Positions 55,284 through 64,000 of a stretch of 64,000 nt of DNA are shown here, piece after piece. Position 1 is the first letter of the stretch. Every line of letters starts with the position of its first letter. The position numbers and the translations under genes were made by a program. Origin of the DNA: Klebsormidium nitens (Eukaryota; Plantae; Klebsormidiophyceae); NCBI GenBank assembly GCA_000708835.1, contig DF237207.1:1-64000 (forward strand), in the 5' to 3' direction. Under the pieces are notes generated by a model, which saw nothing but the letters and a program-made list of their open reading frames with translations, was not told where the DNA came from and ran no database searches.

Positions 55284-58200
55284 ATGAAACTTTCAATGTC
55301 ATTTGAAGCCAGTGGCAGTGGCAGTGCTGTCACAGTTGTCCAAGGCCGCCACAGTCGCTTGCGCTGGGTCGCGGTGTCAGGCATGGCGATGGCGGCTCTG
55401 ACAAGCAGGGGCAATTGCTTCGCATGTGCCCCTGTGCCGCATGCAGACTTGCAGGCGAAAAGGACACACAAACCTCGAAATGTTTCAGCAAGGCCTCTTG
55501 TTGGGCGGTTGGGCAATGCAGCTCTCATTTTCCAGCAATTGCGTCCCCCTCAGAGTTTGTCACCAAGGCAATGGGCCAGCAAAGCCCTAAGAAAGCAGCC
55601 GCCAGCTTCTCCAGTGGCAGCTATAACTGCTGTCGGAACAGGGGGCAATGGGGAGTTTGAGAAGAAGCTCCCTGCTAGCGAGTTCCTCGATGACCCCGAA
55701 GTGGGCCAGCGCAGTGAAACAGGGAGGTACCTTGGAAGGAAGGAGACACCTGTCACGGTGGTCATCGATGGCAAGCTTCTGGCAGAGGGTGCCCGCAAAG
55801 CAGGGGAGGCTGCGAAAAAGACCTTCTGGCCCCCAAATAAGGTGAGGGAGATTTTTTCTGCATTGCACCCAAGCAGAGTCAGTATCCTGCATTGCACGTC
55901 AAATGGAAACCCTCTCGTGGATGTACCACCCCGGCCATCAACAGCTTTCTGTTTACCACTTCCGCATCGGTCAACTTACTGTCTAGCCGTATCATCATCA
56001 TGCCCCTTCAGAGTTTGCTGGTTCGCTGCAACATCTGGTTTGTTGCTGTGCCTTCCCTTGCCCCAAAGCGCAAGGCGTTGCTCCTGCACACAATACTACA
56101 CGCTCTTTAGATCATCTTGAAGTCTGCAGAAAACAAACTTACCACTGCCCCTTGAATTTCCTGATTTCAAGTTACAATGAGACTCGCCGTTACCATCTGA
56201 TGATGTGACCACCCTGGTTGACTAGCTGCATTCACCATTACCAAGTTCTCAAACCCTGGTGCTTTGTTTTTGGGCAGTGTGTTAACGCGCAAAGTAACCG
56301 CACTTTTGCAGAATTGGATTCCTTTCCTGGTTGCCCCGGCTGCCTTGCTGCTTGCCCTGGTGGCTGCCCGGCTGCATCAGCTCAAGTCCGCTGCAGTCCC
56401 CCCCTCCGTGACCACCAGCATCGCCATGCCCCTCGAGCCTAGGGGGCCCGCGCCAGAGCTGAGAGTGGTGGGGGTCCTGGGCAGCCTCCCGGGGATGGCC
56501 ACGCAGGCAGCAGCGGTCGATGCACACCCACTGGGCCAGGGCAGCCTGAGCCGGGAGAATGATGGCATGAGCTCAGCGAAGCAGGTTGAGCGGCGGGTGG
56601 ACGGTCAGTTGGCACGCAACGACAACAGAGACCCGCACATTCCCAGGCCACAGGCTCCGGCCAAGCCAATTCATGAGCTGAGCGACATGGATTTCTATGA
56701 CCAGCTGCAAAAGGAGGCGGAGATTGAGGCGCGGGTGCGGCAGGCGCAGGGGTTCCCCATGAAGGACGAGACCAAGTTCGGGGTGTTTGACGAGGAGGAG
56801 CGCACCGTGATGCAAGAGCTGGTGGATTCCGGGGAGCTGGACGCGGACACGCAGAAGAAGCTCGAGGAGCTGCTGGCGCAGGAGGCGGGCAACAGCAAGA
56901 TGCGCAAGGCCGCGCAGCGGGCGCTCGGGAAGCGTGTGCGCAAGGCGCGGGCGGGGGGCCGGTCGCCCGTCTCCGACAAGGACATCAAGGAGCTGGAGGA
57001 GGCGGTGGCGTCGGGGATGCTGGACGAGAAGGTGCAGAAGGACGTGGAGGCGTTCCTGGAGGAGGAGCGGGAGTTTCAGAAAGAACTAGAGGAGAACAAG
57101 TACGACGACGCGGACTATGACATCAGCGAGTACCTGGAGGAGGAGGAGGACCCCGAGCTGGAGGCGCTCATCCGCCAGATGGTGGAGTCGGGGGAGTTTG
57201 AGATGCCGGCGGACGAGGACGATGATGAAGAGGAGGCAGCGCCGTTTGGCCAGGTGCGCAGAGCCGAAATGGACGGTCTACAAATGTGGGGCCCAAATGG
57301 GGGTGCAATTGTTTGTGCTGCGGCTGAAGGGATGTAGGAAGATTTGGGATAGGGGGGGGTGGAGCTTATTTATGAGTTTCTTGTTCTCACACCGGCCTTT
57401 TGATCATCATCTTTTAGAGATGGCCAATAGCATGGTCACAGAACATATCTCAGTGGTGAATCTGTTGACTCACTGAATTTTCCGCAGATGATCCCTTGCC
57501 AATGGTTTGTTAGGCCTGTGCTTGATTACCAGTCTTGTGATATCATGATTACGATCAGCAGTACTTTTTTGACTTTGGGAGAATTCTGACAATTCTCATT
57601 GCAAGATGAGAAACCTAGACGACCTCGGTTGTTGCGCATTCACCATGCGTGCGTGGCCATGTGCCTGCCTTGTTAGTTTAACCCGAGGATAGAGCCAAGG
57701 TCTTAATCATCAGTTGGTCAGGGTGGCGGAGGCTTTCTGTGAGCATCATGCTGAAACCACAACATGACTCCTGGGGCCTTGCAGGGCAGCGCGGACGTGG
57801 ATAGCGACATGTTTGACGAGAACGAGATGTTTGACGACCTGGACGAAGACTGGACTGATGAACATGAGGAGCCATCAAGTAGCGGGGCCGCAACTGGAGG
57901 GTCCAAGCAGGGGCAAAAGGGGGCACAAGCAACAGACGGCGGGGCACAGAAAGGGGGTGGCCAGAACAGGCGTGTGACGGGGCTTAGAGAACTGACGGAC
58001 AAACTGGGCCTCACCATGCCAGCTGGTGAGAGCGGGCGAGACTGGGAGGCGGAGCTCAGAAAGAAGAATCTGGCGCGGATAGGGCCGTTTGATTTTGCGA
58101 ACTCCGATAAGAATGAGGCGGACAAGGGTCCGACGCCACAGGCAGAAGCAGCAAAGCCTTCCTCATCCTCAGAAGCAGAGGAGGCACTTAGAAAGATTGC

Positions 58201-61200
58201 AGAAACCACAAGTGCAGAGCAGCTTGGGAGCGATGGTGCTCCTTTTCAAGGGAAGGAGTTCCCGTTCAGCGAGGCCTTTCAAGAGGCGACGGAGGCGGCT
58301 TGGGGTGCCGAGCATCCAGAAGAAGTACGGGAGAGCAGCGGAGAGGCTGACGCAGAGAGAGTAGAAAGGGAAGCGGGGGGGGTGGCTGAAGTGCAGGTTG
58401 CGGCTGTCAGGAGGAGCGGGACAACGGAAGACGGACAGGAACGGGTGGAAGAAGAGATTGTGATCCGGGTGGGGGAGACGGAGGACTCAGGCGCAGGTGT
58501 GTTGACTGGGGATCTTTGAGCTCCTGAAGAATATTTACCATCGAGACTGAGGATTAGCAATTTGCTAGTTTCTTTGACGACTAGGTGCCTTTCTGTTCCT
58601 CAATTTTCAGATGTCAAACTTTGGATTGTTTTCGCTTTCTGCCTTCGGATTCTGGAGAGCAGGCAGGCTTTGTTTTCGCCTAAGTCGCAGGGAGCAGAGT
58701 CATCTTGCTGCATCGTGTATCTTGGATTCCTAGTCTGCCGCTATGTCATGAACTATACGGCTTCTGCAGGGTCACCTGGCGACGCTGATGCCACCATTGT
58801 CCTCTCCACCTCACAAGACGGGACAGTGGAGGATCTGGAGGAGGGGAACACCGGGGCAGGCGCTGCGCCAAACTCTGACTCTGCTGCCGCCTCGAGTCCT
58901 GGCTCGCCTGCCGCGGACGAGCGTGCTTCGAGTAGCGCTGGGGCGGGGATGACGCTGGCCGGGGAGGACGTGACCCCGCTGGTGGAGCTGCTGCAGTCCC
59001 GGGAGGGCGACGAGGCGTACGCGCAGGGGACGTCGTGGGGCACGTACGACGAGCTGTCGCCCATGAAACGGAGGTGGCAAGTGGTACGTACTGCTCCGAT
59101 CGGGCCTTCACGTCAACGGGCTAAGGCTCGTATGTCTCTCAAATGGTTCAGCGTGACTGTCGCTGTGGCGGCTGGTTCATCCTGCTCTACGTACATACAG
59201 ACAGACTTGTCGCAAAGTTGACTTTGTTGACGGCGGCTTCTTCATCGAGCTGCACCTAAAGACCTTGAAGGTCCCGTGACCAGTCGCTGCGAAGTCACCA
59301 ACATCTGATGTACATACCGCCTCAAAGGTACGTAGTCCTATGTTGCTTGTGAGCCAGATGCTCATGTAGTTAACGTCAAGCTTCCTGTGCTTCTCTCAAA
59401 CCGCTCCTTCCTCTGCTGGTGCAGTGGGCCGACCGGCAGTCCAACCAGGTCCGGCTCGGGTCGGCCCGGGTCAAGCTCATCGACAGCCGCGACATCAAGT
59501 TCTCTGCAAAGGAGCCCGCCATGGAGGGCAACCGACACTTCGTAAGTAGAACGCTCCGTGTTCGTCCCGTCACGAAAGGTGCGGGAAAGGACCTGCTCCT
59601 GTTGCTTCCTGCATATGGCAGACTTTCGCGTCCAGGAGTTTCAACAGGAGGTTTTGTTCAAATATGCTTCGGAGAGCTTCATTACTCTCGGAGCAGATTC
59701 CACAGCAGCTGATACCACCCCATCCCTGGTACGCTGACCATTGCTCCCGTCTGCATGTGCGCAGGTGTACCAGGTGCTGTACAACGGCAAGCGGTACGCT
59801 CTCAAGATGTCGAAGCGGCCGCAGGACCGCGGCACTCAGCACCTGCTTGTAGACGAGGCCACCAACCTGGCGGCGGCGCAGGCGCCCAACGTGATCGCGC
59901 TGCAGGGCGTCGTGCGCGACCTGGGCAGTCTACCCATCTACCGCCTCGGCAGGGTCGGCGGGCCGCTCATGACATCAGAGCAGCTGGCGCAGGGCGTCAA
60001 GAACGGCACCGTCGAGGAGCTGCAGTCAGCTGTGCTGCCGGGTACGTCAACTGCGCAACGTTGCCGGCTGTCTTTGCGAGGATTTTTTTGTCCTGCAACA
60101 TATTATGTTTCATAAATCGTACAGAAGATGATCAGAGAGTTGGGCCTGTCTGATCCTGCTCGCTTCAATTGCTAGGGGTAGAGGCTGTGCCGCCAAAGGA
60201 ACCGTCCGGACACAAAGGACTCACCATTCTTATTTGTCAGCCTCGTGAACCTTACGCTCCCAATCTTCGTGGAAAGTAGCTTAAGGAGTTTGCGAGATTG
60301 CTGAGGGCCCTCCTGCTTTCGCGCAGACGGTAGCAAGCGGTTGGTGAAGGCGATCCTGGCGGAGGGCAGCGGCGAGCGGTCGCCCAACGTGTACGGCATT
60401 CTGATGGAGTACGCGGAGGGGTCCGACCTGCAGGCGCAGATGGACAAGGCCGGGCCGGGCCACTCCGTCAACGTCGACGAGGCGTGGCACATCTTCCGAC
60501 AGGTGCGCTGCGCACCACTGCCACTGAAACCTAGTGTTTTGTGCACGCGTGCTGGCAGGCCATCGTTCGTTCTCACTTTTTACGTGGTACGATGAGGGAC
60601 GTTCGTGGAGCAGAATTGAGTTTTTTTAGGAGGATGTAGTTACACTCTGCCCCCCGCCCAATGTACCTTTGAAGCCAGCATTTTCTCACAGACCATCGGT
60701 TTCGGAACCCAACTCAAGACGCAGCCAGGGAAGTTATTTTTGCCATCCTCGAGGTCCATCATAAATGTTGCAAACCTGCGGTTCTCGGGAATGTTCGTGC
60801 AGACGACTTGTTGTAGCGACCCGTTGTAGCGGCCCTCCGCCTCCATGTTGACGTCTGTCGTTTTCCTGGTGCTGCAGCTGGCGGTGGGCCTGGGCGAGGT
60901 CCACGCTGCGAAGCTGGCGCACAACAACGTGGACCTGTCCAACGTGCTGCTGGTCCGCGACGACAGCCAGGCGTCCGGCGTGCGCTGCTGCTGGAGCGGC
61001 CTTAGCCTCGCCAAGAAGACGGACAACCACGGCAATGTGCGCCTCTCCACGGAGGAGCGCCTCGCCCGCCTCATGCGCCAGGACGACTACTACCAGGTGA
61101 AGCCCGCAGGAACTCTCGGAGACCGCAGATGTCGTGTATGCGCTTACGCTTTTCCCGTTTGGTCATTGGAGGTGTGGCTCCGTTTATGTCCGAGCATGGT

Positions 61201-62368
61201 AATCAGCTTCACCTAAGCGTCCTTCGCTGATTGGAAGAGCGGACATAATAGGGCTGCACTGGGGTGCACGGTGGAAGAGGGTACTGTACACTCTGAAGCC
61301 AGGTTGGCCTGGCTTCGCTGCACAATACCTACGAAGGGGAGGCCTTACTTTCGAGTCCCTATCGGGAAGCACCTTTCGACCGAGGAAATGGCTTTATTTT
61401 CGAGGAGTGACGTACCTCAACTCTTGTTTTGGCGCAGGCCCCGGAGCTGACGGACGAGAGTGCGGCGGTGCTGTACAACGGGTTCAAGGCGGACACGTAC
61501 TCGCTGGGCAAGGCGTTCCTGCTGCTGGTGGGCGACGAGTACGAGGCGCAGGCCAGCGCGGAGAGCGAGGCGGTGCGCGACATGGACCTCATGTTCGGCA
61601 TGACGCTGCAGCCGGAGCCGGAGGACCGCGCCACCTCCGTGGAGGTCATGGAGTTCACGCGCCAAAAGGAGCTCGAGGCCATCGAGCGCTGGCGCGAGAA
61701 GGAGGACGAGAAGCTCCAGGAAATGGTGGGGGACGCCGCCGCTGCATCAGAGATTGGCTCGGCCAGCCTGTCTCCTGGATCATGTTGTTCAGAAAAATGG
61801 AATCGAAACTGTCAACACAAAAGTAGGTCTGGAACAGAGGACTAGCTTGATATTGTTTAAGGAGCTGGGTCCTTGACAAGAAGTGACTCCGCTCGGGGCT
61901 TCGGAAGCTCTCTGTCGTGACTTCGGTTGATTTCGTTCCCGTTGGAAATGACGGTTGATAACTTGATGTTTCAGAAGGGCCAACCTTTAGAAACAGATTC
62001 TGTTAAGTAGTTCCTGTTCCCAAGCGATTAGGAAGTGCTGCGCTTCGGCGTCAGGTGTGCCGACTCCGCAGATGAGTCCGCTCCCGTGCCTCCCATAACC
62101 CTCAACTTTGCTTGCTTTGCTTGCCCAGGCTCGGGCCGGGCTGCCCAAGACGGACGAAGAGATTGTGCTGGAGAACATGATGGACGAGGACCCCAACGAG
62201 CTGCGGGAGGTGGAGGAGGCGGCCTACGCTGCGCTGGTGGAGGAGATGCGCAAGCGGCAGGCAGCCGCACTGGAGCAGAGCGAAGGACAGGGCCAGGGGC
62301 TCACCGGAAGGGGCAAGAGGGAAGCGGGGAGAAGTGCTTCACAGGCGGCCAGCAACAGGACGAAGTAG
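55284..62368 (+). CDS. Putative organelle-targeted, single-TM protein with acidic linker and C-terminal pseudokinase domain (~10 exons)
   Basis: In-phase GT-AG exons join an S/R/A-rich N-terminus, a hydrophobic WIPFLVAPAALLLALVAARL segment, long D/E-rich regions and kinase subdomains: YALK, VDEA, PNVIAL, ILMEYAEGSDL, IFRQLAVGLGEVH, HNNVDLSNVLL, WSGLSLAK, YQAPE, KADTYSLG, PEPEDRAT. Confidence 0.75.
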
Positions 62369-62649
62369 CGCAGACGTTAATTGTGCAAGCGGTGGAGGAG
62401 GCTACCGGTGGTGGCCACCAAGGGGGGCGCCATTTTGGTTTGTTCCCGCTTCAACCAGGGTATTGCAACTGACCGCGTTCAATGAACGCTCACCAACCAT
62501 ACACGGGTGTCGGCTGTCCATGCAATGTCGACCTATTTCGATAGCAGATCTCTCATATTGTAAGGATATGGCGCTGTAGCCAGTTCCAAGTTTTGACTCC
62601 AGGTCGGCGGATTCAAATAAGTTCAAATAGGGCACTATTCTCCTCGGTC

Positions 62650-62696
62650 TGTCGAATCACTGAACACATCCTGGGTTTGTCGAATCACTGAACACA
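62650..62696 (+). repeat. 19-bp direct repeat with a 9-bp spacer
   Basis: TGTCGAATCACTGAACACA at 62650-62668 and 62678-62696. Confidence 0.85.
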
Positions 62697-63412
62697 GGCC
62701 TGCGCGAACGTGGAGCCTCGTTATTATAGCTGCTACATGCGCATCAAATCCGCTCCATGTAGTCGTCCAAGTTTGCCAGGTGCCAAGTAAAGCTTAACGT
62801 CAGTCATTGTTGCATACACCACTGCAACCACTAAAATTATTACAGTGTTGGACGTTCTAAATCAAGCACACTGGCACTAACTAGCTTGAGTGTTTCCGGC
62901 TCTGCATTCATATAGTATTTGGAACCGCTGCGGTATCCTTGGCTACTATAACCGCAAGCGCTGATGCTACTCCGCGCCCGCTGCCATATAATAGCAGAAA
63001 TTCCAAGATCGGCCATGTTGCTGTAAGCTTGCAGCTTTTAGACAACTGTGCGGCCGGGCACATGGTGCGTTATTGCAGCATGTTCTCAGGCATAATTTAT
63101 AATTATCCGGCCAGGCCAGGCCATGGGTTACGTTGTGCACAGATAGAGAGATTTCAAGTCCATATTCACTTCACGGGGCCTCACCCAATATTAACTGACT
63201 CGATGCGTGATTGTATTTTGAAAAGCCCGGCCGGTGTTCAAACGGCAATGATACACATGTTACAGCGCCGGGGAAGCACAAGTAATCAGCATGCCTGGCA
63301 ACACCCCATCTTCATGACAACATCATTTTATACACCAATCAGCTTTACCATGGAACGTCTTTCTCCTCCTTGCTGACTTTCAATATTGACTCAACTCGAT
63401 TCTATATCGTTG

Positions 63413-64000
63413 TCAATTCCCTAGTTGATACGCAATATCCTTCTCTACATACATAGAAGGCACATAGGAGTATGTATAGAAGAGCTGATTCTCTGCTGCC
63501 CAGATCTGGTGCATTAACACTTCCGGATGCGAGCCCAAGTACATTTCGGGTTCGTAGTAGTCTGGACCTATCTTAGGCTCGAGTTTCAAGAAGTACGATG
63601 CTCTTGCCCACCAGAAATTCCCCGAGAAGTGCGCTTTTGGTTCGCTTAATAGTTGGCAGCCTACTGTGTCATAAGTCTGAAGCAAGTTAATACAGCGCTC
63701 GTGTCTTCTCAGCAGAAAATAGTGCATGTACAGTGTCCAGTAAAAGACATTCATATCCCCTGGCTTAGTAACTCCCTTTGTATGGAGATAAAGGATGACA
63801 TCTGTTGGGTCTATATGGTCCCGAATGCTCTCAAGCGTGAACCGCTCATACAGAGAGATGTCAAGTGTAGTTTTTACCACCCGAACTTTACTTCCAAACC
63901 CAACCAGAGTCCCCTCCGCCGACGTGATGTTTTCTTGGGTATTGCCCATGACAAAACAGTATACTCCCTCTGCGCGCTCGTACACGCCGCTCAGCATCAA
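63413..64000 (-). CDS. Intronless (within window) hypothetical protein with LYLHTKG and HFSGNFWW motifs, possibly glycosyltransferase-like; 5' end outside the window
   Basis: A 195-codon uninterrupted frame with ILYLHTKGVT...YWTLYMHYFL...YDTVG...HFSGNFWWARASY...YEPEMYLG. Visibly lower GC than the neighbouring exons. Confidence 0.7.
   Translation of the reverse strand: MMLSGVYERAEGVYCFVMGNTQENITSAEGTLVGFGSKVRVVKTTLDISLYERFTLESIRDHIDPTDVILYLHTKGVTKPGDMNVFYWTLYMHYFLLRRHERCINLLQTYDTVGCQLLSEPKAHFSGNFWWARASYFLKLEPKIGPDYYEPEMYLGSHPEVLMHQIWAAENQLFYTYSYVPSMYVEKDIAYQLGN

Overview
Eukaryotic, intron-rich nuclear DNA from a photosynthetic organism. It is most consistent with a streptophyte (charophyte) green alga such as Klebsormidium; this is an inference from GC3-rich exons, a land-plant-like ferritin exon layout, a CP29 with a full C-terminus and a U12-type intron. 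The first ~7.7 kb is a transposon graveyard: the 5' LTR, PBS and frameshifted gag of a Ty3/gypsy element, hAT-like MITEs, and a TTAA-flanked piggyBac-type MITE with another MITE nested in it. Spliced genes follow: LHCB4/CP29 (+), ferritin (-), condensin II CAP-D3 (+), a DUF1295 membrane protein (-), leucyl aminopeptidase (+), an orphan multi-exon gene (-), NSF (-), a Zn-dependent formaldehyde-dehydrogenase-like gene (+), a MATE transporter (-), a putative plastid membrane-anchored pseudokinase (+), and an intronless ORF of viral/prokaryotic-looking type running off the right edge (-). The most notable signals are an AT-AC minor-spliceosome intron in NSF, the transit-peptide/TM pseudokinase, the foreign-looking terminal ORF and the nested mobile elements. 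Exon boundaries were read by eye and may be off by a few bases. No database searches were run.
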